Assembly (NCBI RefSeq): GCF_009914755.1
Contig: NC_060943.1
Reading direction: 5' to 3' (one strand)
DNA length: 64,000 nucleotides
Source: the human T2T-CHM13v2.0 reference genome, Homo sapiens
Shown: positions 12,101 to 26,540 of the stretch, one piece after another
Position numbering within the stretch: position 1 is the stretch's first letter
How the letters are laid out: every line of letters starts with the position of its first letter
Notes under the pieces: generated by a model
What the model was told of the DNA's origin: nothing
Databases searched by the model: none
The model's input: the letters and a program-made list of their open reading frames with translations, nothing else
Position numbers and translations under genes: made by a program

Positions 12101-13280
12101 TAACTTCCTTGTGTTGTGTGTATTCAACTCACAGAGTTGAACGATCCTTTACACAGAGCAAACTTGAAACACTCTTTTTGTGGAATTTGCAAGTGGAGAT
12201 TTCAGCCGCTTTGAGGTCAATGGTAGAATAGGAAATATCTTCCTATAGAAACTAGACAGAATGATTCTCAGAAACTCCTTTGTGATGTGTGCGTTCAACT
12301 CACAGAGTTTAACCTTTCTTTTCATAGAGCAGTTAGGAAACACTCTGTTTGTAAAGTCTGCAAGTGGATATTCAGACATCCTTGAGGCTTTCGTTGGAAA
12401 CGGGATTTCTTCATATTCTGCTAGAAAGAAGAATTCTCAGTAACTTCCTTGTGTTGTGTGTATTCAACTCACAGAGTTGAACGATCCTTTACACAGAGCA
12501 GACTTGAAACACTCTTTTTGTGGAATTTGCAAGTGGAGATTTCAGCCGCTTTGAGGTCAATGGTAGAATAGGAAATATCTTCCTATAGAAACTAGACAGA
12601 ATGATTCTCAGAAACTCCTTTGTGATGTGTGCGTTCAACTCACAGAGTTTAACCTTTCTTTTCATAGAGCAGTTAGGAAACACTCTGTTTGTAAAGTCTG
12701 CAACTGGATATTCAGACATCTTTGAGGCCTTCGTTGGAAACGGGATTTCTTCATGTTCTGCTAGACAGAAGAATTCTCAGAAACTTCCTTGTGTTGTGTG
12801 TTTTCAACTCACAGAGTTGAACGATGCTTTACACAGAGTAGACTTGAAACACTCTTTTTGTGTAATTTGCAAGTAGAGATTTCAGCCGCTTTGAGGTCAA
12901 CGGTAGAAAAGGAAATATCTTCGTATAAAAACTAGACAGAGTGATTCTCAGAAACTCCTTTGTGATGTCTGCGTTCAACTCACGGAGTTTAACCTTTCTT
13001 TTCATAGAGCAGTTAGGAAACACTCTGTTTGTAAAGTCTGCAAGTGGATATTCAGACCTCTTTGAGGCCTTCTTTGGAAACGGGATTTCTTCATATTATG
13101 CTAGACAGAAGAATTCTCAGTAACTTCCTTGTGTTGTGTGTATTCAACTCACAGAGTTCAACGATCCTTTACACAGAGCAGACTTGAAACACTCTTTTTG
13201 TGGAATTTGCAAGTGGAGATTTCAGCCGCTTTGAGGTCAATGGTAGAAAAGGAAATATCTTCGTATAAAAACTAGACAGA

Positions 13281-16200
13281 ATGATTCTCAGAAACTCCTT
13301 TGTGATGTGTGCGTTCAACTCACAGAGTTTAACCTTTCTTTTCATAGAGCAGTTAGGAAACACTCTGTTTGTAAAGTCTGCAAGTGGATATTCAGACCTC
13401 CTTGAGGCCTTCGTTGGAAACGGGATTTCTTCATATTATGCTACACAGAAGAATTCTCAGTAACTTCCTTGTGTTGTGTGTATTCAACTCACAGAGTTGA
13501 ACGATCGTTTACACAGAGCAGACTTGAGACACTCTTTTTGTGGAATTTGTAATTGGAGATTTCAGCCGCTTTGAGGTCAACGGTAGAAAAGGAAATATCT
13601 TCATATAAAAACTAGACAGAATGATTCTCAGAAACTCCTTTGTGATGTGTGCGTTCAACTCACAGAGTTCAACCTTTCTTTTCATAGAGCAGTTGGGAAA
13701 CACTCTGTTTGTAAAGTCTGCAAGTGGATATTCAGACTTCTTTGAGGCCTTCGTTGGAAGCGGGATTTCTTCATATTCTGCTAGACAGAAGAATTCTCAG
13801 TAACTTCCTTGTGTTGTGTGTATTCAACTCACAGAGTTGAACGATCCTTTACACAGAGCAGACTTGAAACACTCTTTTTGTGGAATTTGCAAGTGGAGAT
13901 TTCAGCCGCTTTGAGGTCAATGGTAGAATAGGAAATATCTTCCTATAGAAACTAGACAGAATGATTCTCAGAAACTCCTTTGTGATGTGTGCGTTCAACT
14001 CACAGAGTTTAACCTTTCTTTTCATAGAGCAGTTAGGAAACACTCTGTTTGTAAAGTCTGCAAGTGGATATTCAGACATCTTTGAGGCTTTCGTTGGAAA
14101 CGGGATTTCTTCATATTCTGCTAGACAGAAGAATTCTCAGAAACTTCGTTGTGTTGTGTGTTTTCAACTCACAGAGTTCAACGATCCTTTACACAGAGTA
14201 GACTTGAAACACTCTTTTTGTGGAATTGGCAGGGTGGAGATTTCAGCCGCTTTGAGGTCAATGGTAGAAAAGGAAATATCTTCGTATAAAAACTAGACAG
14301 AGTGATTCTCAGAAACTCCTTTGTGATGTCTGCGTTCAACTCACAGAGTTTAACCTTTCTTTTCATAGAGCAGTTAGGAAACACTCTGTTTGTAAAGTCT
14401 GCAAGTGGATATTCAGACCTCCTTGAGGCCTTCGTTGGAAACGGGATTTCTTCATATTCTGCTATACAGAAGAATTCTCAGAAACTTCCTTGTGTTGTGT
14501 GTATTCAACTCACACAGTTGAACGATCGTTTACACAGAGCAGACTTGAGACACTCTTTTTGTGGAATTTGTAAGTGGAGATTTCAGCCGCTTTGAGGTCA
14601 ATGGTAGAAAAGGAAATATCTTCATATAAAAACTAGACAGAATGATTCTGAGAAACTCCTTTGTGATGGGTGCGTTCAACTCACAGAGTTTAACCTTTCT
14701 TTTAATAGAGCAGTTAGGAAACACTCTGTTTGTAAAGTCTGCAAGTGGATATTCAGACATCTTTGGGGCATTCGTTGGAAACGGGATTTCTTCATATTCT
14801 GCTAGACAGAAGAATTCTCAGAAACTTCGTTGTGTTGTGTGTTTTCAACTCACAGAGTTGAACGATCCTTTACACAGAGTAGACTTGAAACACTCTTTTT
14901 GTGGAATTTGCAAGTGGAGATTTCAGCCGCTTTGAGGTCAATGGTAGAAAAGGAAATATCTTCGTATAAAAACTAGACAGAATGATTCTGAGAAACTCTT
15001 TTGTGATGTGTGCGTTCAACTCACAGAGTTTAACCTTTCTTTTCATAGAGCAGTTAGGAAACACTCTGTTTGTAAAGTCTGCAAGTGGATATTCAGACCT
15101 CCTTGAGGCCTTCGTTGGAAACGGGATTTCTTCATATTATGCTAGACAGAAGAATTCTCAGTAACTTCCTTGTGTTGTGTGTATTCAACTCACAGAGTTG
15201 AACGATCCTTTACACAGAGCAGACTTGAAACACTCTTTTTGTGAAATTTGCAAGTGGAGATTTCAGCCGCTTTGAGGTCAATGGTAGAATAGGAAATATC
15301 TTCCTATAGAAACTAGACAGAATGATTCTGAGAAACTCCTTTGTGATGTGTGCGTTCAACTCACAGAGTTTAACCTTTCTTTTCATAGAGCAGTTAGGAA
15401 ACACTCTGTTTGTAAAGTCTGCAAGTGGATATTCAGACATCCTTGAGGCTTTTGTTGGAAACGGGATTTCTTCATATTCTGCTAGAAAGAAGAATTCTCA
15501 GTAACTTCCTTGTGTTGTGTGTATTCAACTCACAGAGTTGAATGATCCTTTACACAGAACAGTCTTGAAACACTCTTTTTGTGGAATTTGCAAGTGGAGA
15601 TTTCAGCCGCTTTGAGGTCAATGGTAGAATAGGAAATATCTTCCTATAGAAACTAGACAGAATGATTCTCAGAAACTCCTTTGTGATGTGTGCGTTCAAC
15701 TCACAGAGTTTAACCTTTCTTTTCATAGAGCAGTTAGGAAACACTCTGTTTGTAAAGTCTGCAAGTGGATATTCAGACATCTTTGAGGCTTTCGTTGGAA
15801 ACGGGATTTCTTCATATTCTGCGAGACAGAAGAATTCTCAGAAACTTCGTTGTGTTGTGTGTTTTCAACTCACAGAGTTCAACGATCCTTTACACAGAGT
15901 AGACTTGAAACACTCTTTTTGTGGAATTGGCAGGGTGGAGATTTCAGCCGCTTTGAGGTCAATGGTAGAAAAGGAAATATCTTCGTATAAAAACTAGACA
16001 GAGTGATTCTCAGAACCTCCTTTGTGATGTCTGCGTTCAACTCACAGAGTTTAACCTTTCTTTTCACAGAGCAGTTAGGAAACACTCTGTTTGTAAAGTC
16101 TGCAAGTGGATATTCAGACCTCCTTGAGGCCTTCTTTGGAAACGGGATTTCTTCATATTCTGCTATACAGAAGAATTCTCAGAAACTTCCTTGTATTGTG

Positions 16201-16340
16201 TGTATTCAACTCAGAGAGTTGAACGATCGTTTACACAGAGCAGACTAGAGACACTCTTTTTGTGGAATTTGTAAGTGGAGATTTCAGCCGCTTTGAGGTC
16301 AATGGTAGAAAAGGAAATATCTTCGTATGAAAACTAGACA
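13281..16340 (+). repeat. Dispersed paralogous block of 28585-31640 (offset 15304 bp)
   Basis: Both blocks carry the same ordered rare variants: gctacacag, gtaattgg, cacacagttg, gatgggtg, tttaatag, tttggggca, actcttttg, gtgaaattt, the ttttgttgg-type broken box, and ctcagagag/actagagac. Confidence 0.88.
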
Positions 16341-17139
16341 GAATGATTCTCAGAAACTCCTTTGTGATGTGTGCGTTCAACTCACAGAGTTTAACCTTTC
16401 TTTTCATAGAGCAGTTAGGAAACACTCTGTTTGTAAAGTCTGCAAGTGGATATTCAGACATCCTTGAGGCTTTCGTTGGAAACGGGATTTCTTCATATTC
16501 TGCTAGAAAGAAGAATTCTCAGTAACTTCCTTGTGTTGTGTGTATTCAACTCACAGAGTTGAATGATCCTTTGCACAGAACAGTCTTGAAACACTCTTTT
16601 TGTGGAATTTGCAAGTGGAGATTTCAGCCGCTTTGAGGTCAGTGGTAGAATAGGAAATACCTTCCTATAGAAACTAGACAGAATGATTCTCAGAAACTCC
16701 TTTGTGATGTGTGCGTTCAACTCACAGAGTTTAACCTTTCTTTTCATAGAGCAGTTAGGAAACACTCTGTTTGTAAAGTCTGCAAGTGGATATTCAGACA
16801 TCTTTGAGGCTTTCGTTGGAAACGGGATTTCTTCATATTCTGCTAGACAGAAGAATTCTCAGAAACTTCGTTGTGTTGTGTGTTTTCAACTCACAGAGTT
16901 CAACGATCCTTTACACAGAGTAGACTTGAAACACTCTTTTTGTGGAATTGGCAGGGTGGAGATTTCAGCCGCTTTGAGGTCAATGGTAGAAAAGGAAATA
17001 TCTTCGTATAAAAACTAGACAGAATGATTCTCAGAAACTCCTTTGTGATGTCTGCGTTCAACTCACAGAGTTTAACCTTTCTTTTCATAGAGCAGTTAGG
17101 AAACACTCTGTTTGTAAAGTCTGCAAGTGGATATTCAGA

Positions 17140-20100
17140 CATCCTTGAGGCCTTCGTTGGAAACGGGATTTCTTCATGTTCTGCTAGACAGAAGAATTCT
17201 CAGAAACTTCCTTGTGTTGTGTGTTTTCAACTCACAGAGTTGAACGATGCTTTACACAGAGTAGACTTGAAACACTCTTTTTGTGTAATTTGCAAGTAGA
17301 GATTTCAGCCGCTTTGAGGTCAACGGTAGAAAAGGAAATATCTTCGTATAAAAACTAGACAGAATGATTCTCAGAAACTCCTTTGTGATGTGTGCGTTCA
17401 ACTCACAGAGTTTAACCTTTCTTTTCATAGAACAGTTAGGAAACACTCTGTTTGTAAAGTCTGCAAGTGGATATTCAGACCTCTTTGAGGCCTTCGTTGG
17501 AAACGGGATTTCTTCATATTATGCTAGACAGAAGAATTCTCAGTAACTTCCTTGTGTTGTGTGTATTCAACTCACAGAGTTGAACGATCCTTTACACAGA
17601 GCAGACTTGAAACACTCTTTTTGTGGAAATTGCAAGTGGAGATTTCAGCCGCTTTGAGGTCAATGGTAGAAAAGGAAATATCTTCGTATAAAAACTAGAC
17701 ACAATGATTCTCAGAAACTCCTTTGTGATGTGTGCGTTCAACTCACAGAGTTTAACATTTCTTTTCATAGAGCAGTTAGGAAACACTCTGTTTGTAAAGT
17801 CTGCAAGTGGATATTCAGACCTCCTTGAGGCCTTCGTTGGAAACGGGATTTCTTCATATTATGCTAGACAGAAGAATTCTCAGTAACTTCCTTGTGTTGT
17901 GTGTATTCAACTCACAGAGTTGAACGATCCTTTACACAGAGCAGACTTGAAACACTCTTTTTGTGGAATTTGCAAGTGGAGATTTCAGCCGCTTTGAGGT
18001 CAATGGTAGAATAGGAAATATCTTCCTATAGAAACTAGACAGAATGATTCTCAGAAACTCCTTTGTGATGTGTGCGTTCAACTCACAGAGTTTAACCTTT
18101 CTTTTCATAGAGCAGTTAGGAAACACTCTGTTTGTAAAGTCTGCAAGTGGATATTCAGACATCCTTGAGGCTTTCGTTGGAAGCGGGATTTCTTCATATT
18201 CTGCTTGACAGAAGAATTCTCAGTAACTTCCTTGTGTTGTGTATTCAACTCACAGAGTTGAACGATCCTTTACACAGAGCAGACTTGAAACACTCTTTTT
18301 GTGGAATTTGCAAGTGGAGATTTCAGCCGCTTTGAGGTCAATGGTAGAAAAGGAAATGTCTTCGTATGAAAACTAGACAGAATGATTCTCAGAAACTCCT
18401 TTGTGATGTGTGCGTTCAACTCACAGAGTTTAACCTTTCTTTTCATAGAGCACTTAGGAAACACTCTGTTTGTAAAGTCTGCAAGTGGATATTCAGACCT
18501 CTTTGAGGCCTTCGTTGGAAACGGGATTTCTTCATATTCTGCTAGAGAGAAGAATTCTCAGTAACTTCATTGTGTTGTGTGTATTCAACTCACAGATTTC
18601 AACGATCCTTTACACAGAGCAGACTTGAAACACTCTTTTTCTGGAATTTGCAAGTGGAGATTTCAGCCGCTTTGAGGTCAATGGTAGAATAGGAAATATC
18701 TTCCTATAGAAACTAGACAGAATGATTCTCAGAAACTCCTTTGTGATGTGTGCGTTCAACTCACAGAGTTTAACCTTTCTTTTCATAGAGCAGTTGGGAA
18801 ACACTCTGTTTGTAAAGTCTGCAAGTGGATATTCAGACTTCTTTGAGGCCTTCGTTGGAAGCGGGGTTTCTTCATATTCTGCTAGACAGAAGAATTCTCA
18901 GTAACTTCCTTGTGTTGTGTGTATTCAACTCACAGAGTTGAACGATCCTTTACACAGAGCAGACTTGAAACACTCTTTTTGTGGAATTTGCAAGTGGAGA
19001 TTTCACCCGCTTTGAGGTCAATGGTAGAATAGGAAATATCTTCCTATAGAAACTAGACAGAATGATTCTCAGAAACTCCTTTGTGATGTGTGCGTTCAAC
19101 TCACAGAGTTTAACCTTTCTTTTCATAGAGCAGTTAGGAAACACTCTGTTTGTAAAGTCTGCAAGTGGATATTCAGACCTCCTTGAGGCCTTCGTTGGAA
19201 ACGGGATTTCTTCATATTATGCTAGACAGAAGAATTCTCAGTAACTTCCTTGTGTTGTGTGTATTCAACTCACAGAGTTGAACGATCCTTTACACAGAGC
19301 AGACTTGAAACACTCTTTTTGTGGAATTTGCAAGTGGAGATTTCATCCGCTTTGAGGTCAATGGTAGAATAGGAAATATCTTCCTATAGAAACTAGACAG
19401 AATGATTCTGAGAAACTCCTTTGTGATGTGTGCGTTCAACTCACAGAGTTTAACCTTTCTTTTCATAGAGCAGTTAGGAAACACTCTGTTTGAAAAGTCT
19501 GCAAGTGGATATTCAGAACTCCTTGAGGCCTTCGTTGGAAACGGGATTTCTACATATTATGCTAGACAGAAGAATTCTCAGTAACTTCCTTGTGTTGTGT
19601 GTATTCAACTCACAGAGTTGAACGATCCTTTACACAGAGCAGACTTGAAACACTCTTTTTGTGGAATTTGCAAGTGGAGATTTCAGCCTCTTTGAGGTCA
19701 ATGGTAGAATAGGCGATATCTTCCTATAGAAACTAGACAGAATGATTCTGAGAAACTCCTTTGTGATGTGTGCATTCAACTCACAGAGTTTAACCTTTCT
19801 TTTCATAGAGCAGTTAGGAAACACTCTGTTTGTAAAGTCTGCAAGTGGATATTCAGACCTCCTTGAGGCCTTCGTTGGAAACCGGATTTAATCATATTCT
19901 GCTAGACAGAAGAATTCTCAGTAACTTCCTTGTGTTGTGTGTATTCAACTCACAGAGTTGAATGATCCTTTACACAGAGCAGACTTGAAACACTCTTTTT
20001 GTGGAATTTGCAAGTGGAGATTTCAGCCGCTTTGAGTTCAATGGTAGAATAGGAAATATCTTCCTATAGAAACTAGACAGAATGATTCTCAGAAACTCCT

Positions 20101-21300
20101 TTGTGATGTGTGCGTTCAACTCACAGAGTTCAACCTTTCTTTTCATAGAGCAGTTGGGAAACACTCTGTTTGTAAAGTCTGCAATTGGATATTCAGACTT
20201 CTTTGAGGCCTTCGTTGGAAGCGGGATTTCTTCATGTTCTGCTTGACAGAAGAATTCTCAGTAACTTCCTTGTGTTGTGTGTATTCAACTCACAGAGTTG
20301 AACGATCCTTTACACAGAGCAGACTTGAAACACTCTTTTTGTGGAATTTGCAAGTGGAGATTTCAGCCGCTTTTAGGTCAATGGTAGAATAGGAAATATC
20401 TTCCTATAGAAACTAGACAGAATGATTCTCAGAAACTCCTTTGTGATGTGTGCGTTCAACTCACAGAGTTTAACCTTTCTTTTCATAGAGCAGTTAGGAA
20501 ACACTCTGTTTGTAAAGTCTGCAAGTGGATATTCAGACATCCTTGAGGCTTTCGTTGGAAACGGGATTTCTTCATATTCTGCTAGAAAGAAGAATTCTCA
20601 GTAAATTCCTTGTGTTGTGTGTATTCAACTCACAGAGTTGAATGATCCTTTACACAGAACAGTCTTGAAACACTCTTTTTGTGGAATTTGCAAGTGGAGA
20701 TTTCAGCCCCTTTGAGGTCAATGGTAGAATAGGAAATACCTTCCTATAGAAACTATACAGAATGATTCTCAGAAACTCCTTTGTGATGTGTGCGTTCAAC
20801 TCACAGAGTTTAACCTTTCTTTTCATAGAGCAGTTAGGAAACACTCTGTTTGTAAAGTCTGCAAGTGGATATTCAGACATCTTTGAGGCTTTCATTGGAA
20901 TCGGGATTTCTTCATATTCTGCTAGACAGAAGAATTCTCAGAAACTTCGTTGTGTTGTGTGTTTTCAACTCACAGAGTTCAACGATCCTTTACACAGAGT
21001 AGACTTGAAACACTCTTTTTGTGGAATTGGCAGGGTGGAGATTTCAGCCGCTTTGAGGTCAATGGTAGAAAAGGAAATATCTTCGTATAAAAACTAGACA
21101 GAGTGATTCTCAGAAACTCCTTTGTGATGTCTGCGTTCAACTCACAGAGTTTAACCTTTCTTTTCATAGAGCAGTTAGGAAACACTCTGTTTGTAAAGTC
21201 TGCAAGTGGATATTCAGACCTCCTTGAGGCCTTCATTGGAAACGGGATTTCTTCATATTCTGCTATACAAAAGAATTCTCAGAAACTTCCTTGTGTTGTG
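17140..21300 (+). repeat. Dispersed paralogous block of about 38230-41350 (offset 21087, stepping to 20407 and then 20067)
   Basis: Shared markers are gacacaatg, aacattt, the 2-bp GT deletion (18240/39327), gaaatgtcttcgtatg, gagcactt, gctagagag, cagaactcc, gatttaatc, cagcccc, ttcattgg and atacaaaag. Confidence 0.9.
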
Positions 21301-24162
21301 TGTATTCAACTCACAGAGTTGAACGATCGTTTACACAGAGCAGACTTGAGACACTCTTTTTGTGGAATTTGTAAGTGGAGATTTCAGCCGCTTTGAGGTC
21401 AATGGTAGAAAAGGAAATATCTTCATATAAAAAGTAGACAGAATGATTCTCAGAATCTCCTTTGTGATGTGTGCGTTCAACTCACAGAGTTTAACCTTTC
21501 TTTTCATAGAGCAGTTAGGAAACACTCTGTTTGTAAAGTCTGCAAGTGGATATTCAGACCTCTTTGAGGCCTTCGTTGGAAACGGGTTTTCTTCATATTA
21601 TGCTAGACAGAAGAATTCTCAGTAACTTCCTTGTGTTGTGTGTATTCAACTCACAGAGTTGAACGATCCTTTACACAGAGCAGACTTGAAACACTCTTTT
21701 TGTGGAATTTGCAAGTGGAGATTTCAGCCGCTTTGAGGTCAATGGTAGAAAAGGAAATATCTTCGTATAAAAACTAGACAGAATGATTCTCAGAAACTGT
21801 TTTGTGATGTGTGCGTTCAACTCACAGAGTTTAACCTTTCTTTTCATAGAGCAGTTAGGAAACACTCTGTTTGTAAAGTCTGCAAGTGGATATTCAGACC
21901 TCCTTGAGGGTTCGTTGGAAACGGGATTTCTTCATATTATGCTAGACAGAAGAATTCTCAGTAACTTCCTTGTGTTGTGTGTATTCAACTCACAGAGTTG
22001 AACGATCCTTTACACAGAGCAGACTTGAAACACTCTTTTTGTGGAATTTGCAAGTGGAGATTTCAGCCGCTTTGAGGTCAATGGTAGAATAGGAAATATC
22101 TTCCTATAGAAACTAGACAGAATGATTCTGAGAAACTCCTTTGTGATGTGTGCATTCAACTCACAGAGTTTAACCTTTCTTTTCATAGAGCAGTTAGGAA
22201 ACACTCTGTTTGTAAAGTCTGCAAGTGGATATTCAGACCTCCTTGAGGCCTTCGTTGGAAACGGGATTTCTTCATATTATGCTAGACAGAAGAATTCTCA
22301 GTAACTTCCTTGTGTTGTGTGTATTCAACTCACAGAGTTGAACGATCCTTTACACAGAGCAGACTTGAAACACTCTTTTTGTGGAATTTGCAGATGGAGA
22401 TTTCAGCCGCTTTGTGTTCAATGGTAGAATAGGAAATATCTTCCTATAGAAACTAGACAGAATGATTCTCAGAAACTCCTTTGTGATGTGTGCGTTCAAC
22501 TCACAGAGTTCAACCTTTCTTTTCATAGAGCAGTTGGGAAACACTCTGTTTGTAAAGTCTGCAAGTGGATATTCAGACTTCTTTGAGGCCTTCGTTGGAA
22601 GCGGGATTTCTTCATATTCTGCTAGACAGAAGAATTCTCAGTAACTTCCTTGTGTTGTGTGTATTCAACTCACAGAGTTGAACGATCCTTTACACAGAGC
22701 AGACTTGAAACACTCTTTTTGTGGAATTTGCAAGTGGAGATTTCAGCCGCTTTGAGGTCAATGGTAGAATAGGAAATATCTTCCTATAGAAACTAGACAG
22801 AATGATTCTCAGAAACTCCTTTGTGATGTGTGCGTTCAACTCACAGAGTTTAACCTTTCTTTTCATAGAGCAGTTAGGAAACACTCTGTTTGTAAAGTCT
22901 GCAAGTGGATATTCAGACATCCTTGAGGCTTTCGTTGGAAACGGGATTTCTTCATATTCTGCTAGACAGAAGAATTCTCAGAAACTTCGTTGTGTTGTGT
23001 GTTTTCAACTCACAGAGTTCAACGATCCTTTACACAGAGTAGACTTGAAACACTCTTTTTGTGGAATTGGCAGGGTGGAGATTTCAGCCGCTTTGAGGTC
23101 AATGGTAGAAAAGGAAATATCTTCGTATAAAAACTAGACAGAGTGATTCTCAGAAACTCCTTTGTGATGTCTGCGTTCAACTCACAGAGTTTAACCTTTC
23201 TTTTCATAGAGCAGTTAGGAAACACTCTGTGTGTAAAGTCTGCAAGTGGATATTCAGACCTCCTTGAGGCCTTCGTTGGAAACGGGATTTCTTCATATTC
23301 TGCTATACAGAAGAATTCTCAGAAACTTCCTTGTATTGTGTGTATTCAACTCACAGAGTTGAACGATCGTTTACACAGAGCAGACTAGAGACACTCTTTT
23401 GGTGGAATTTGTAAGTGGAGATTTCAGCCGCTTTGAGGTCAATGGTAGAAAAGGAAATATCTTCGTATAAAAACTAGACAGAATGATTCTCAGAAACTCC
23501 TTTGTGATGTCTGCGTTCAACTCACAGAGTTCAACCTTTCTTTTCATAGAGCAGTTGGGAAACACTCTGTTTGTAAAGTCTGCAAGTGGATATTCAGACT
23601 TCTTTGAGGCCTTCTTTGGAAGCGGGATTTCTTCATATTCTGCTAGACAGAAGAATTCTCAGTAACTTCCTTGTGTTGTGTGTATTCAACTCACAGAGTT
23701 GAACGATCCTTTACACAGAGCAGACTTGAAACACTCTTTTTGTGGAATTTGCAAGTGGAGATTTCAGCCGCTTTGAGGTCAATGGTAGAATAGGAAATAT
23801 CTTCCTATAGAAACTAGACAGAATGATTCTCAGAAACTCCTTTGTGATGTGTGCGTTCAACTCACAGAGTTTAACCTTTCTTTTCATAGAGCAGTTAGGA
23901 AACACTCTGTTTGTAAAGTCTGCAAGTGGATATTCAGACATCTTTGAGGCCTTCGTTGGAAACGGGATTTCTTCATGTTCTGCTAGACAGAAGAATTCTC
24001 AGAAACTTCCTTGTGTTGTGTGTTTTCAACTCACAGAGTTGAACGATGCTTTACACAGAGTAGACTTGAAACACTCTTTTTGTGTAATTTGCAAGTAGAG
24101 ATTTCAGCCGCTTTGAGGTCAACTGTAGAAAAGGAAATATCCTCGTATAAAAACTAGACAGA

Positions 24163-26540
24163 ATGATTCTCAGAAACTCCTTTGTGATGTGTGCGTTCAA
24201 CTCACAGAGTTTAACCTTTCTTTTCATAGAGCAGTTAGGAAACACTCTGTTTGTAAAGTCTGCAAGTGGATATTCAGACCTCTTTGAGGCCTTCGTTGGA
24301 AACGGGATTTCTTCATATTATGCTAGACAGAAGAATTCTCAGTAACTTCCTTGTGTTGTGTGTATTCAACTCACACAGTTGAATGATCCTTTACACAGAG
24401 CAGACTTGAAACACTCTTTTTGTGGAATTTGCAAGTGGAGATTTCAGCCGCTTTGAGTTCAATGGTAGAATAGGAAATATCTTCTTATAGAAACTAGACA
24501 GAATGATTCTCAGAAACTCCTTTGTGATGTGTGCGTTCAACTCACAGAGTTCAACCTTTCTTTTCATAGAGCAGTTGGGAAACACTCTATTTGTAAAGTC
24601 TGCAAGTGGATATTCAGACTTCTTTGAGGCCTTCGTTGGAAGCGGGATTTCTTCATATTCTGCTTGACAGAAGAATTCTCAGTAACTTCCTTGTGTTGTG
24701 TGTATTCAACTCACAGAGTTGAACGATCCTTTACACAGAGCAGACTTGAAACACTCTTTTTGTGGAATTTGCAAGTGGAGATTTCAGCCGCTTTGAGGTC
24801 AATGGTAGAATAGGAAATATCTTCCTATAGAAACTAGACAGAATGATTCTGAGAAACTCCTTTGTGATGTGTGCGTTCAACTCACAGAGTTTCACCTTTC
24901 TTTTCATAGAGCAGTTAGGAAACACTCTGTTTGTAAAGTGTGCAAGTGGATATTCAGACCTCCTTGAGGCCTTCGTTGGAAACGGGATTTCTTCATATTA
25001 TGCTAGACAGAAGAATTCTCAGTAACTTCCTTGTGTTGTGTGTATTCAACTCACAGAGTTGAACGATCCTTTACACAGAGCAGACTTGAAACACTCTTTT
25101 TGTGGAATTTGCAGGTGGAGATTTCAGCCGCTTTGTGTTCAATGGTAGAATAGGAAATATCTTCCTATAGAAACTAGACAGAATGATTCTCAGAAACTCC
25201 TTTGTGATGTGTGCGTTCAACTCACAGAGTTCAACCTTTCTTTTCATAGAGCAGTTGGGAAACACTCTGTTTGTAAAGTCTGCAATTGGATAATCAGACT
25301 TCTTTGAGGCCTTCGTTGGAAGCGGGATTTCTTCATATTCTGCTAGACAGAAGAATTCTCAGTAACTTCCTTGTGTTGTGTGTATTCAACTCACAGAGTT
25401 GAACGATCCTTTACACAGAGCAGACTTGAAACACTCTTTTTGTGGAATTTGCAAGTGGAGATTTCAGCCGCTTTGAGGTCAATGGTAGAATAGGAAATAT
25501 CTTCCTATAGAAACTAGACAGAATGATTCTCAGAAACTCCTTTGTGATGTGTGCATTCAACTCACAGAGTTTAACCTTTCTTTTCATAGAGCAGTTAGGA
25601 AACACTCTGTTTGTAAAGTCTGCAAGTGGATATTCAGACATCCTTGAGGCTTTCGTTGGAAACGGGATTTCTTCATATTCTGCTAGACAGAAGAATTCTC
25701 AGAAACTTCGTTGTGTTGTGTGTTTTCAACTCACAGAGTTCAACGATCCTTTACACAGAGTAGACTTGAAACACTCTTTTTGTGGAATTGGCAGGGTGGA
25801 GATTTCAGCCGCTTTGAGGTCAATGGTAGAAAAGGAAATATCTTCGTATAAAAACTAGACAGACTGATTCTCAGAAACTCCTTTGTGATGTCTGCGTTCA
25901 ACTCACAGAGTTTAACCTTTCTTTTCATAGAGCAGTTAGGAAACACTCTGTTTGTAAAGTCTGCAAGTGGATATTCAGACCTCCTTGAGGCCTTCGTTGG
26001 AAACGGGATTTCTTCATATTCTGCTATACAGAAGAATTCTCAGAAACTTCCTTCTATTGTGTGTATTCAACTCACAGAGTTCAACGATCGTTTACACAGA
26101 GCAGACTAGAGACACTCTTTTTGTGGAATTTGTAAGTGGAGATTTCAGCCGCTTTGAGGTCAATGGTAGAAAAGGAAATATCTTCGTATAAAAACTAGAC
26201 AGAATGATTCTCAGAAACTCCTTTGTGATGTGTGCGTTCAACTCACAGAGTTTAACCTTTCTTTTCATAGAGCAGTTAGGAAACACTCTGTTTGTAAAGT
26301 CTGCAAGTGGATATTCAGACATCCTTGAGGGTTTCGTTGGAAACGGGATTTCTTCATATTCTGCTAGAAAGAAGAATTCTCAGTAACTTCCTTGTGTTGT
26401 GTGTATTCAACTCACAGAGTTGAATGATCCTTTACACAGAACAGTCTTGAAACACTCTTTTTGTGGAATTTGCAAGTGGAGATTTCAGCCGCTTTGAGGT
26501 CAATGGTAGAATAGGAAATACCTTCCTATAGAAACTAGAG
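24163..26540 (+). repeat. Dispersed paralogous block of 31647-34027 (offset 7484 bp)
   Basis: Shared markers are cttcttatag, actctattt, gtttcacc, aagtgtgc, gcaggtgg/ttgtgttc, gataatcag, ccttctatt, gagggtttcg and aatacctt. Confidence 0.88.
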
